Of a stretch of 64,000 nt of DNA, positions 35,565 to 45,336 are shown one piece after another. Within the stretch, counting starts at the first letter, position 1; each line of letters opens with the position of its first letter. Below the pieces are notes generated by a model. It searched no databases. It was not told the DNA's origin and was given only the letters and a program-made list of their open reading frames with translations. Location: the sequence record MK327931.1, one strand, 5' to 3'. Position numbers and translations under genes: made by a program.

Positions 35565-36707
35565 ATGTTACCTTTTGGAAGAATGGTTAAGTACGGGAAT
35601 ATTATAATCCCACTTGATATAAAAAAAGTGGATTTAACAATAAATGGTTGTATAATACTTACAAGTGATGGTAAATTATATGCAAGTGGGACTCAATCAG
35701 CAGGTCAATTTGGATTAGGAAATAGAACAACACTTACAGTACGTACATTAATAGCCGAAAATGTGGTTAATTTTTGGTTTAGTCAGTCTGGATTAACTAT
35801 TTTAAAAAATGATAGTTCATATTGGTTTAGTGGAGCAGCATATGCCTATGGAGATAGTGGTAATGTTTTTATTAACATTGATAGTTTAATCAAAGACAAA
35901 TTTGACAATGCGAGTGAAATATATGTTGCACGTGATCATGCAACTATTATTGTAAACTCAGATGGTTCAGTTTGGGTTTTAGGTTCTAATTTATATAGTA
36001 TGATTGGGTTAGCAAGTACTACAACAAACGCCCCTACATGGACACAAAATACAAACCTTACTGGTGTTTCTAAAATGCAATTTGGTCATCTGAACGCATG
36101 TGGAATAAGATCGAATGGCGACGTTGTTGCGTGGGGTGAGAACAGATTCAACTGCTTCACAACTGTGGGCGGTACTGGTTACCTGACACCAAGAGTAGTT
36201 AAGTCAAATGTGATTGATTTTTATTTAACTGCAACATCTTGTTTTATGTGGAGTGATGCTACTTCTGTTTATTTTAGTGGCTATACTGGGGACACTGGAT
36301 TATTAAATTCTGCGGCTGGTACTACCTTTCAGTCATACAATATATACAGTGTAGCTCAACCGGAAACATATGTAAGTTCAGAGTTTCGTTTTATAAAGCA
36401 TACAAACTACAACTATGGTAATGCTGTTAACTTACCAGTATACGTTAAATTTAGAATTAATGGTGAAGTTTATAGTAGTGGATATAACTTAAGTAGTAGT
36501 TTGGGGGTAAATTCCGTTTCCACCAGCGTAAAAAATACAACTTTAGTTCCAGGTGCATCAAAAATGACATCGTGGGTGGCTGGTGATACTAATGTTAAAT
36601 TAGCTACTATTGATGGTAGTTTATATGGTGCAGGTAACGTACAATATATTTTAGATAAACCAAGTCAAGAAATTTATCCCACATATCAAAATTTAAATAT
36701 AATATAA
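35565..36707 (+). CDS. MLPF-leader RCC1-like beta-propeller 9 (380 aa)
   Basis: LYASGTQSAGQFGLG, VVAWGENRF. Confidence 0.85.
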   Translation: MLPFGRMVKYGNIIIPLDIKKVDLTINGCIILTSDGKLYASGTQSAGQFGLGNRTTLTVRTLIAENVVNFWFSQSGLTILKNDSSYWFSGAAYAYGDSGNVFINIDSLIKDKFDNASEIYVARDHATIIVNSDGSVWVLGSNLYSMIGLASTTTNAPTWTQNTNLTGVSKMQFGHLNACGIRSNGDVVAWGENRFNCFTTVGGTGYLTPRVVKSNVIDFYLTATSCFMWSDATSVYFSGYTGDTGLLNSAAGTTFQSYNIYSVAQPETYVSSEFRFIKHTNYNYGNAVNLPVYVKFRINGEVYSSGYNLSSSLGVNSVSTSVKNTTLVPGASKMTSWVAGDTNVKLATIDGSLYGAGNVQYILDKPSQEIYPTYQNLNII

Positions 36708-36717
36708 AGGAGGGAAT

Positions 36718-37897
36718 ATGTTACCTTTTTCTAGAATGGTTAAGTACGGGAATATAGCACCTGTATATGAATCTAGTGTGATTAAAATGCAAGCACCATC
36801 AGCTTTTACCAACAACACATTGATGATTCTGTATAAGAACGGTGATTTGTGGGGTATTGGCGGTAACAATGCTGGTATATTCGGTCTTGGAAATACAACG
36901 ACACAGACCAAATGGGGTCGCTTAATGCAAAATGTGAAAAATTTTTGGTGCACAAGGAATGCTTCATATAGCTTAGTTCAGACCAATGATAATAAATTTT
37001 ATTATGCAGGTTGGAACCTTTGGACTGGTACATCTAGTGCAGTTCAAAGTACTACATTTGTTGATTGTACGTCTTATTTTTCAGGTTTTAATGTGGATAA
37101 TATCAAGGAGATATATCCAAATGTTCGTAATATGTTTTTACTAACAAATGATAGTGTTCTTTACGCAATAGGTGATAATTCGACCTATGAGTTGGGTAGT
37201 AGTTCATCTACACTTACATCATTTACACAGGTTAATATTAATGTTAAAAAGGTTAGTTCATTTTTCAATAGTCCGACTTGGATAATTAAAAATGATAATT
37301 CAGTATGGCGATGTGGTAAAACTAGTACTGGTACATTGTTAACTGGTTCTGCTACTGATACGTTGACGATTTGGACAAAGTATAGTTTTCCTACAGGACA
37401 GTACCCCGTTGATATAATTTCATATAACAATATGTTGGGTATAGTTCTTAATGTAGATAATACTTATCCGCTATATGGTGTAGGGTCACAAAATTCACGG
37501 ACAATTAGGAAATGGTGTTCTATCTAATACTAATAAGATATCTTTAACGCCACAAAGTACTTATTTACAATTAACTAATGTTTCCGATTTTGAATTTATA
37601 CAAACATATTCACAAAATCCTAGGGGATTATTATATAGAAATGGAAGTCGTATTTTTGGAACAGGGTATAATAATTATGGACAGCTTGGTAACAATTCAT
37701 CTAATAATGCTTCAATTTTCGTCCAAGCACAATTTCCAAATTCTGTAGTTTATGATCCGTCAACATCGTTGGTTGCTGCGAATGACAATGCATTATTTGC
37801 ATATGTGAATGGGAAATTATACTACACTGGTATGTCTCCAGTAGGGACAGTTGTTGGTACATGGACTTTAACTGAATACCAATTGCCACAAATTTAA
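36718..37897 (+). pseudogene. MLPF-leader beta-propeller with a single +1 frameshift near 37490-37498
   Basis: ORF stops at 37527 but the +1 frame continues GQLGNG...GTGYNNYGQLGNN...LPQI to TAA 37897; span 1180 nt = 3n+1. Confidence 0.8.
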
Positions 37898-37907
37898 GGA
37901 GAAAATT

Positions 37908-39077
37908 ATGTTACCTTTTGGAAGAATGTTAAAGTACGGAAATATTAAACCAACTCTTCCTGAAATAAAGAAATTGGATGGTAGTCAATTACATGTCGGA
38001 TTACTTTATAGTACAGGGAATATGTACATGCGTGGTTCTGGTTCGAACTATAAATTAGGTACAGGGGATGCTAGTGATGTATTAGGTGGTTGGGTACATG
38101 TACCCTATGAAGTTGATGATTTTTGGGCGTGTGTATCCGGTACATTAATAAAGACTGTTGATAATAAATTATATTGTGCAGGTCTATACATGGGTGGATA
38201 TTTTGGGGCTAGTGGTTCATATGTTAACTGGACTGAAGTAACTTCATTATTTGTAGGTATTGACGTGTCGCAAATAAAGAATATAGAATTTACGTCAGCG
38301 GGTACTTCCGGTAGTACACTAATATTGATGTTAGATGGTCGTTTATATGGGTTCGGTATGAACAGTAGATCTGAGTTAGGTGTTAATAACAAAGTTGTAT
38401 CTCCCATTCTTATAGATACTGGGGTAAGTGCAATAGGAGCACATAAGTTAGGCGGTTCATCGTTCCATTATATAAAAGGCGGTAAGTACTACAGATGTGG
38501 AACATCGGTTGGTAGTAATATTGGAAGTTCTTCTTTAACTACTTTTACGGTATTGAGTATTCCTGATAACGTTATATCTATGCAAATATTATATGACAAC
38601 GTACAGTTATTATGTTTAGGAAGTTCTGGATATAGTATCTATATGGCTGGTTCTAATGATTATGGTGGAAGAGGTGTTGGCGGTTCTACGGTTTATACTA
38701 CATTCAGGAAAATAGATCTTACAGGATTTGGTGTTGTTCCCAGTGAAATACTATTTGAAAATGCTGGAAATGGTTATGTTAATATATCAACTGATAGTAC
38801 TGGAGTATATACATGTGGTGGTGGAGCGGGTGTTAACGGTTTAGGTAGACCAACTAATGTAATACCAAGTTCACAGTTGGGAGTAGTTCAGTTCAGTACT
38901 GGAGTAGAACAATCAAATATAAGTCGTGTGTATTCACAGAGTTCGAGTTCTGTTATATATTGTATAGTCAATAATGAATTGTACTGGGCTGGTAGTAATT
39001 CATATTTTACTGATCAAACCACAAATACTGGTACACAATTTTCATTTATTAAGATGAAGGATATGCCTTCTGCTTAG
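37908..39077 (+). CDS. MLPF-leader RCC1-like beta-propeller 10 (389 aa)
   Basis: LYGFGMNSRSELG. Confidence 0.85.
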   Translation: MLPFGRMLKYGNIKPTLPEIKKLDGSQLHVGLLYSTGNMYMRGSGSNYKLGTGDASDVLGGWVHVPYEVDDFWACVSGTLIKTVDNKLYCAGLYMGGYFGASGSYVNWTEVTSLFVGIDVSQIKNIEFTSAGTSGSTLILMLDGRLYGFGMNSRSELGVNNKVVSPILIDTGVSAIGAHKLGGSSFHYIKGGKYYRCGTSVGSNIGSSSLTTFTVLSIPDNVISMQILYDNVQLLCLGSSGYSIYMAGSNDYGGRGVGGSTVYTTFRKIDLTGFGVVPSEILFENAGNGYVNISTDSTGVYTCGGGAGVNGLGRPTNVIPSSQLGVVQFSTGVEQSNISRVYSQSSSSVIYCIVNNELYWAGSNSYFTDQTTNTGTQFSFIKMKDMPSA

Positions 39078-39148
39078 ATTTTATGCCAGTGCCTTGTACT
39101 GGCATTTTTTGTCCTAAATATAATAACGATTTACATTTGGAGGATACA

Positions 39149-39554
39149 ATGCTACCCTTTCGAAGAATTATCACATCATCAAAAAAGAACATACAACCTT
39201 CTGTTACAAAAATAGCTTCATCTGATAAGACAGTTTTTGCCCTTATGTCAGATGGTACGTTGTACAGTAGAGGTTCTCAATAGTTTGGGTTATTAATATT
39301 TTTCTAATCATATTATAACTTTATTAGGTGTTTACTCAACTGGTTATAACACAAGACAATTAGGTATAGGTACACAAACCGATGCGTCGGCCTATACCAA
39401 ATGTGTACTACCAATAGAGATGAATAACGTATATGTTACAGCAACTTTATACAGAACTTACTTAACCGATGGTATACAAATTTACAGTACTGGACAAAAT
39501 ATTACAGACGGTGGAGTTGCCAGTACTGTATTTGTCAAAGATTCACCATTTTAG
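39149..39554 (+). pseudogene. internally deleted MLPF-leader propeller relic
   Basis: MLPFRR...LYSRGSQ* then, in another frame, GVYSTGYNTRQLGIG...RTYLTDG..YSTG...DSPF*, like the C-termini of propellers 4 and 7. Confidence 0.8.
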
Positions 39555-40197
39555 GAATATTGTACAGAGTGTATGCAGTTATTTTAGAACTCTTTTTAAA
39601 TTCATCATAGAGAAAATTCAAAATTCTGGAGCATTCAATATACTTTTCAATATCTTTATGGATTAATGAGTACTGAAACATTAAATCAGATGATATATTG
39701 TAGGTACTACCTTTTAAACTGTTTAAAATATCACAGATTTCAGGGTTTACGGGTACTTCGTCAAAATTATCATCTAAAACATTTATTTCAAAATCAAAGC
39801 CATCTTTGTTTTTGATTAATTTGATAATAGAATCACCATAAACATTATATTGTTTTAATGGATTTACTACAATGTTAAAAAGATTGGATGTATTACAATC
39901 AATATCCATAAAGTATGTATTATCATTGTACTTAATATTGAAACATCCGTACTCAATAAAATCACCAGGAGTTATTGATGAGTTTCTTCTCGTTTCAACA
40001 TAAGAAGCTTTAATTTTGTTTTTATGTAAAAGAGTAATAAATTTCTTAGACTGTTTAGCACCAGCTAAGTAAGTATTATAACTTGGTCTTTTAAAGATTA
40101 TAGGACTAGACTTCTCGCCAGAGAAATATTTTTTTATAAATTTACGTTGTTTAAAAAAATAGTTTTTATAAAACAAACCTAATTTTGATTTCATCAT
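39535..40197 (-). CDS. hypothetical protein (220 aa)
   Basis: ORF track; AAGGAG SD. Confidence 0.8.
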   Translation of the reverse strand: MMKSKLGLFYKNYFFKQRKFIKKYFSGEKSSPIIFKRPSYNTYLAGAKQSKKFITLLHKNKIKASYVETRRNSSITPGDFIEYGCFNIKYNDNTYFMDIDCNTSNLFNIVVNPLKQYNVYGDSIIKLIKNKDGFDFEINVLDDNFDEVPVNPEICDILNSLKGSTYNISSDLMFQYSLIHKDIEKYIECSRILNFLYDEFKKSSKITAYTLYNIPKMVNL

Positions 40198-40238
40198 AAC
40201 TCCTTATACATCCAGTACTTAATAGTACTGGATTTTTA

Positions 40239-40610
40239 TTATGACATACGCTTATTATGAATGGAATTATGAATGGATTTTAAATAATTATATAATTTTA
40301 TCAATCCACTACCAGTAGCTACAAACAGTAGTGCTGTTGGTATCATACATCCAAACATGGTTATTAATTCATGTATTTCCATACCATCACTATTTGGTCC
40401 CACATCAAATATAACAACCAAAACAACACCTAAAATGCTTAGACAATAATATCCCATAAAGACCATAAAAGTGATATATCCGGCACTTGATTTAATATTA
40501 CATAACATATTATACACTGGATTAATACAGAAGAAGTATAATAACCATACCAGTGTTCCAGTACTGAACATAATAATTGAAATAATGGAAAATATCTCAC
40601 GGTAACTCAT
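40239..40610 (-). CDS. small 3-TM membrane paralogue
   Basis: three hydrophobic segments, basic C-terminus. Confidence 0.8.
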   Translation of the reverse strand: MSYREIFSIISIIMFSTGTLVWLLYFFCINPVYNMLCNIKSSAGYITFMVFMGYYCLSILGVVLVVIFDVGPNSDGMEIHELITMFGCMIPTALLFVATGSGLIKLYNYLKSIHNSIHNKRMS

Positions 40611-40611
40611 A

Positions 40612-40974
40612 TTATTTCCTCATACCCAAACGTTGGTGGATTTCAGAGATCTTTATATACAATAGTACCACAAGGTGCAGTACTAAACAACATATAATTA
40701 CGGCTAATACCAATGAACATATCATAAGACCGAAGGTTATTGTATTCAAAGAGGATGTGAACAGTCCAATTATTAATACAATAAAACCAAAATTGAATAC
40801 TGTACCCAACACAGTATATGCTGGACTATATCTCTTTTGGATTACATCATATATATTTGATAATGGTCGCTTATGGAAGTACTTCCCAATGCACACGAAT
40901 GCATTCAGTGAGAAGATAAATGTATACGCCATTACTAGTAATTGACCAACGAAAGATAATTCTATCCCGTTCAT
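40612..40974 (-). CDS. small 3-TM membrane paralogue
   Basis: start moved to MNGIEL after GAGG; GKYFHKR. Confidence 0.8.
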   Translation of the reverse strand: MNGIELSFVGQLLVMAYTFIFSLNAFVCIGKYFHKRPLSNIYDVIQKRYSPAYTVLGTVFNFGFIVLIIGLFTSSLNTITFGLMICSLVLAVIICCLVLHLVVLLYIKISEIHQRLGMRK

Positions 40975-40975
40975 A

Positions 40976-41344
40976 CTAACCTCGTTTACGTTTTTTAATT
41001 GTACTGTGCATCTTTTCGAAATAGGGAACCAAAACATATTGAACAGTTTGCCAGATAACCATTAGATTATGCACTGCACCACCAAGGATACCAAACACTA
41101 GAACAATAATTGCCATAATAGGATCACCGTCTACCATACCCCATTTAAAGATATGTAAAATCCAAGCAATGACTAGACAAAATAAACTAAGCCAATACGT
41201 AATGAAAAATCCGGCTTGTAATTCATAATCATCAGCAATTTCATCGTATACCGTTTCTAAAAATGATACACAAAAGAATTTACCAATTATAACCACAGTA
41301 CTAATAAACAGCATAGCAGTTAAGATAATAAGAGCAATTTCCAT
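40976..41344 (-). CDS. small 3-TM membrane paralogue
   Basis: GKFF motif, ends KKRKRG. Confidence 0.8.
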   Translation of the reverse strand: MEIALIILTAMLFISTVVIIGKFFCVSFLETVYDEIADDYELQAGFFITYWLSLFCLVIAWILHIFKWGMVDGDPIMAIIVLVFGILGGAVHNLMVIWQTVQYVLVPYFEKMHSTIKKRKRG

Positions 41345-41658
41345 TACATCCCTCGTTTACGCTTTTGATTGCGTCTAAATTCTGTTAGTCCACGGCTAAT
41401 CGGCGGCATCAGACTACATAAAAAAGTAACAGTTGTTGGTAGTAACATCAAGTCAATCATTGCTGTATTATCAGGTGGATCACATACCAAATAATACAAA
41501 CAAGTAATACTAATAATGGTTGACCCAATAAAAGGAATACAAAATTCTTTTATCTGTTTTTCAACATAATCAAACATCTTCAGTACAAATAAAAATCCAA
41601 CCCAACACATAATGAAATAGAATGAATACAACGTGTAAATCAATGTTACGATATCCAT
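41344..41658 (-). CDS. small 3-TM membrane paralogue
   Basis: ends QKRKRGM; TAATG coupling. Confidence 0.8.
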   Translation of the reverse strand: MDIVTLIYTLYSFYFIMCWVGFLFVLKMFDYVEKQIKEFCIPFIGSTIISITCLYYLVCDPPDNTAMIDLMLLPTTVTFLCSLMPPISRGLTEFRRNQKRKRGM

Positions 41659-41996
41659 TAGTACCTCGCATCAGGAACTTTAGCACGTAATTTATGAACG
41701 ACTGGGAACAACAACAAACTTACATATGCAATAGTTGAACCCCAATAGAATACTAATACAATTGGTTCACCATTAGAACGGAAACCTCTACTAATCATTG
41801 AGTAGTGAATAATAGGCATAATCATCGCCATACCAAACCATGCGTGTAATTTTAATTGCAGCATGTTATCAGCGATGAATACTGAAATTGGTCGTTTGAA
41901 GAACCACATCAGAAAGTAGAATCCAGCACTAATAATATAGTACAAAGTACTAACTTTCATATACCACGGCAGTAAATCAATAAAGTACTCCATCAT
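41658..41996 (-). CDS. small 3-TM membrane paralogue
   Basis: WFFKR; ends LRAKVP. Confidence 0.8.
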   Translation of the reverse strand: MMEYFIDLLPWYMKVSTLYYIISAGFYFLMWFFKRPISVFIADNMLQLKLHAWFGMAMIMPIIHYSMISRGFRSNGEPIVLVFYWGSTIAYVSLLLFPVVHKLRAKVPDARY

Positions 41997-42340
41997 TCCT
42001 CCGGTATCTTATTTCGAAGTTCAATCATAACACAACAAATTTTAATGGTCAATATAAAAGTTAAACATATCATCCCAAGTGTGCCGTAAACTGCGGAAAA
42101 AGCTGGTAGTACCTTTCCTGTGAGTGTTGCTACAATACATGCAATCAATGTTGATGCAAACAACGATTGATTAATGACAGAATTCATAAAATCTTCACCA
42201 TTACGTTTATAGAATTGTCGTTTAAAATACCATCCTAGAAACATAACTACCCAAAATGATACATAAGTTGTTAGAATAATCCCTGCAAGTGAATGTGCAA
42301 CTGGACTACTCCTTAAAAACTCAAGATAAGCTTCAAACAT
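41993..42340 (-). CDS. small 3-TM membrane paralogue
   Basis: WYFKR; ends LRNKIPEE. Confidence 0.8.
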   Translation of the reverse strand: MFEAYLEFLRSSPVAHSLAGIILTTYVSFWVVMFLGWYFKRQFYKRNGEDFMNSVINQSLFASTLIACIVATLTGKVLPAFSAVYGTLGMICLTFILTIKICCVMIELRNKIPEE

Positions 42341-42678
42341 TAGAAGTCTCCGCGAATTTTATCTCTACCATGAATAATGAGATGGATTAAGTATACAACT
42401 AACCAAATGAACAACCCAAAGAATACAATATATTGTGAGATTGAGTTCAAGTGAGGATTAGCACAATAAATTAAGTGTGCCATAAGACCAACAATTGCAA
42501 ACAAACCTTGAACAAGTGTGTAAAGAACTAGTGATGAATTCCTCACTGGATACAGTTTAAAAACAATTTTCTTTTTAAAATACCATAGTACTACAACTAG
42601 TGCATGATAAAAGAAAAAACCAAACAGATAAATCAAAGTAATACTAATCATTGTATCTGATTTAAAAAATTCTAACAT
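42340..42678 (-). CDS. small 3-TM membrane paralogue
   Basis: start at TAATG overlap; WYFKKKIVFKLY. Confidence 0.8.
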   Translation of the reverse strand: MLEFFKSDTMISITLIYLFGFFFYHALVVVLWYFKKKIVFKLYPVRNSSLVLYTLVQGLFAIVGLMAHLIYCANPHLNSISQYIVFFGLFIWLVVYLIHLIIHGRDKIRGDF

Positions 42679-43019
42679 TAGAATCCCCATTTAAAGTTAT
42701 TACGAGCTTTAATAATAAAGTACATAGTACACACCAATAACCAGACGATTAGTCCTGAAAACACAACATATTGTGTAATGTGTGGTGTGTTATCAATTTG
42801 TAACATGTAAATCACATATGTCATCACACCAAATAAAATAAACCCACCTTGTATAATGCTATATACAACTAAGAATACATTATCATACGAATACAATTTA
42901 AAAACAACTTTCCTTTTAAAATACCAAAGACTAATTACAATTGAATGATAAAACAAGAATACAAACATGTATATCAGTGTAATACCAAGCATTATATTAG
43001 ATTCAAAAAACTCACGCAT
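42678..43019 (-). CDS. small 3-TM membrane paralogue
   Basis: WYFKRKVVFKLY; closest to the downstream neighbour. Confidence 0.8.
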   Translation of the reverse strand: MREFFESNIMLGITLIYMFVFLFYHSIVISLWYFKRKVVFKLYSYDNVFLVVYSIIQGGFILFGVMTYVIYMLQIDNTPHITQYVVFSGLIVWLLVCTMYFIIKARNNFKWGF

Positions 43020-43084
43020 TGGGTGTCTCCAGTGATTAAACTTTTGTTATAGTACTACACATTGTTAGTACTGTCAATATTGAA

Positions 43085-43855
43085 TTAAATTTTCTCAAGG
43101 AACAAGTTTTCGCACTGTTCTTCCCAATCGTATGGGTTGTTGTTATATACTGCCGAAATCAACAGTGGCATACGCAGTGAAGGTGAACGAAGAGAATCTT
43201 CATGTTTTAACATCCAGTTCAGAATTGCTTTACTACCGTTACTGTTAACACCTTTAGATGCAAGGATATTAGTCTTAGTCATTACATTTTCAATATGAAT
43301 CATGATATCACTTTTAGTCTGAATCTGTAAATCCACGTACACAGAACGAGACATAAGAGCAGCATAATGAGCAGACATTTTAGTTTTAGCTTTAGCATCT
43401 AACGCTAAATCTTTGTTAGTAATGAATACGATGCGACCATTAAAATCAAAGCTATTAGGAATTCCGTTAGTGCTCAAGTACTTAGAGCTAGTCATATAAG
43501 ACACGGTACGCTTACCACTATCCAGTACTGCTTTGAGCAGGTTCATACCGTCTTCAGAATCAAAAATACTGTCCATATCGTCCAGTACTAACACGTTGGT
43601 GCTGTGACGATTCTTGTACAGAACTTCGTACAGAGCCAGTGTAGTCATCTTACCACTGATAGTAGCTACGTTCCATTCTGCTGCGTCATGAGCCTTCTGG
43701 AGACGTTGGGACAAGGTGTAAGTCTTACCAACACCAGGAGCACCACTGACAACCATACTTTTTACAGTACTGCTATCATCGAGCAAACACTCAAGAGCAA
43801 CCATCATGGAGTTGAAGTTTTTCTGAATTTGAATGCTGCGTGCTTCTCTGGTCAT
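43085..43855 (-). CDS. AAA+/P-loop ATPase (256 aa)
   Basis: Walker A GAPGVGKT, Walker B LVLDD, IVFITN sensor, ALMSR. Confidence 0.9.
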   Translation of the reverse strand: MTREARSIQIQKNFNSMMVALECLLDDSSTVKSMVVSGAPGVGKTYTLSQRLQKAHDAAEWNVATISGKMTTLALYEVLYKNRHSTNVLVLDDMDSIFDSEDGMNLLKAVLDSGKRTVSYMTSSKYLSTNGIPNSFDFNGRIVFITNKDLALDAKAKTKMSAHYAALMSRSVYVDLQIQTKSDIMIHIENVMTKTNILASKGVNSNGSKAILNWMLKHEDSLRSPSLRMPLLISAVYNNNPYDWEEQCENLFLEKI

Positions 43856-43923
43856 TTCTTTACCCTCTTCAGTTGATGAAATGATTATAGCAAAAAGGGC
43901 TGACCGAAGTCAACCCTTTTGTT

Positions 43924-45042
43924 TTAGATAATTTGTACTTCACCATAGATCTGCACGATTTGCTTTCCTGGATTCTCTTCAATGAGTTTAAGGAAAGATT
44001 TCAATGCTCCAATATGGTCTTCATAATACGCAATACGAATGAAGTTATATCCATTTTTTATTGCGTATTCTGTTTTGATTTTATCGTGTTTTTTCCTCAT
44101 AAGTCCGTTTCCCCATCCTGATTCACGTTCTTCAAAGTGATTACTACCATCATATTCAAATAACGTATTAATATCACGAATATAAAAATCATATGGAAGT
44201 TTTGATTTATTTTTTAAATCAGGAAATGTTTTCTCTCTTTCAGTAACAAACATTCCTCTCAAAAACTCTTTACAATCATTATGACCAAATGAGTGTGTTT
44301 CTAATTGGGAACAACATCCACACTTTTGTGCTTGTTTACTAGTAAACGCATAATAGTCTTGATTACACTCGTGTCCTTTATCACATATATATTTTACATA
44401 ATAACGACCATTTGATTTCTTGTAAACTTCTTTTAATGTATATCCTAGTTCATTACAGCGTGTGTTAGCAATTGTTTCACGCATTTCAGGTGTTATAAAA
44501 TATCTAACGTTCATTGATGTTTTTGTAATTATATCATTTATTCTTCGTGGTTGTGTAAATCCATCGGAATATGTGAATTTAATATATGACATTATCCCAT
44601 TGTCTAAATGTTCATTTTCATATATATAGCATCCTCTTTCCTCAAGAGAACCCAATTTGGTTACATAGTAATAATAATTTTCATCTGTATAGGTAAATGA
44701 TGGCTTGAATTTATTGTTTGTTATTTTTTCAAGCTTTGTTTTTAAACCAGTTATTTTATAATTATCATACAATACCCCATTATACATAATCAGTAAATTG
44801 TTATTACTATTTCCGTTTTTACCAAACTCACGTGATGATTTAACTGATAATCCAATAATAGTAATATTGTCAATATCTTTGTTTTTTAATTTTGCTTCTA
44901 TGTCATCAACATGATCCTTAGCAGTGAGTCCTTTTGAAACCCTTTTTATATCTTCAGGCTTCATCCATTCAAAACGCATACCAAGTTCTTCATGAAAATA
45001 AACTTTTTCACCATCTTCATTTAAATAATACTGTTCAAACAT
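43924..45042 (-). CDS. putative free-standing (homing-type) endonuclease with Zn-ribbon and Vsr/DUF559-like C-terminus (372 aa)
   Basis: CDKGH...CGCC; EKTFPDL..K..LPYDFY...FEYDG..HF...HDKIK..YA..NG...IRI. Confidence 0.7.
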   Translation of the reverse strand: MFEQYYLNEDGEKVYFHEELGMRFEWMKPEDIKRVSKGLTAKDHVDDIEAKLKNKDIDNITIIGLSVKSSREFGKNGNSNNNLLIMYNGVLYDNYKITGLKTKLEKITNNKFKPSFTYTDENYYYYVTKLGSLEERGCYIYENEHLDNGIMSYIKFTYSDGFTQPRRINDIITKTSMNVRYFITPEMRETIANTRCNELGYTLKEVYKKSNGRYYVKYICDKGHECNQDYYAFTSKQAQKCGCCSQLETHSFGHNDCKEFLRGMFVTEREKTFPDLKNKSKLPYDFYIRDINTLFEYDGSNHFEERESGWGNGLMRKKHDKIKTEYAIKNGYNFIRIAYYEDHIGALKSFLKLIEENPGKQIVQIYGEVQII

Positions 45043-45271
45043 TACTTAATACTCCTTTCCAGTACTGAACCCGTCCAGCACCATTAATCTTAGCTTTAAT
45101 CTTATCTTTTTCGACAAGACCTTCTTTGAAATCGATGGAAGTATTATCGCACTGAATTACATCTAAGTCAAGTACTTCTTGTGTACTTAATGAAGTATTA
45201 TCTGCAATTTGTTGTAAAGTAATTACATCAGTACCGAAGAATTCAGCTAATCGTATAAAAGATAGTTTCAT
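45035..45271 (-). CDS. hypothetical protein (78 aa)
   Basis: GAGG SD; fused promoter upstream. Confidence 0.8.
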   Translation of the reverse strand: MKLSFIRLAEFFGTDVITLQQIADNTSLSTQEVLDLDVIQCDNTSIDFKEGLVEKDKIKAKINGAGRVQYWKGVLSNV

Positions 45272-45336
45272 TTGTTACCTCTTGTGTTGATGAAATAATT
45301 ATAGCAAAAAGGGCTGACCGAAGTCAACCCTTTATG

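Larger units (their letters stand above)
25005..39148 (+). repeat. repeated inter-cassette module: GCCAGTA-loop-TACTGGC terminator + TAAATAT late-promoter-like box + TATAAT + AAGGAGG
   Basis: at about 26183, 28575, 29815, 31034, 32248, 33507, 34318, 39085; TAAATAT also at 25008. Confidence 0.9.

Noticed and set aside
26580-38407. Minus-strand and alternate-frame ORFs inside the propeller array (e.g. 30110, 33722, 33897, 33961, 38105)
   Set aside because: By-products of low-complexity Gly/Thr codons on the opposite strand or frame.
25040-39077. Diversity-generating retroelement or invertase shufflon behind the propeller diversity
   Set aside because: No reverse transcriptase, template/variable repeat pair, recombinase or inverted cassettes in the window.
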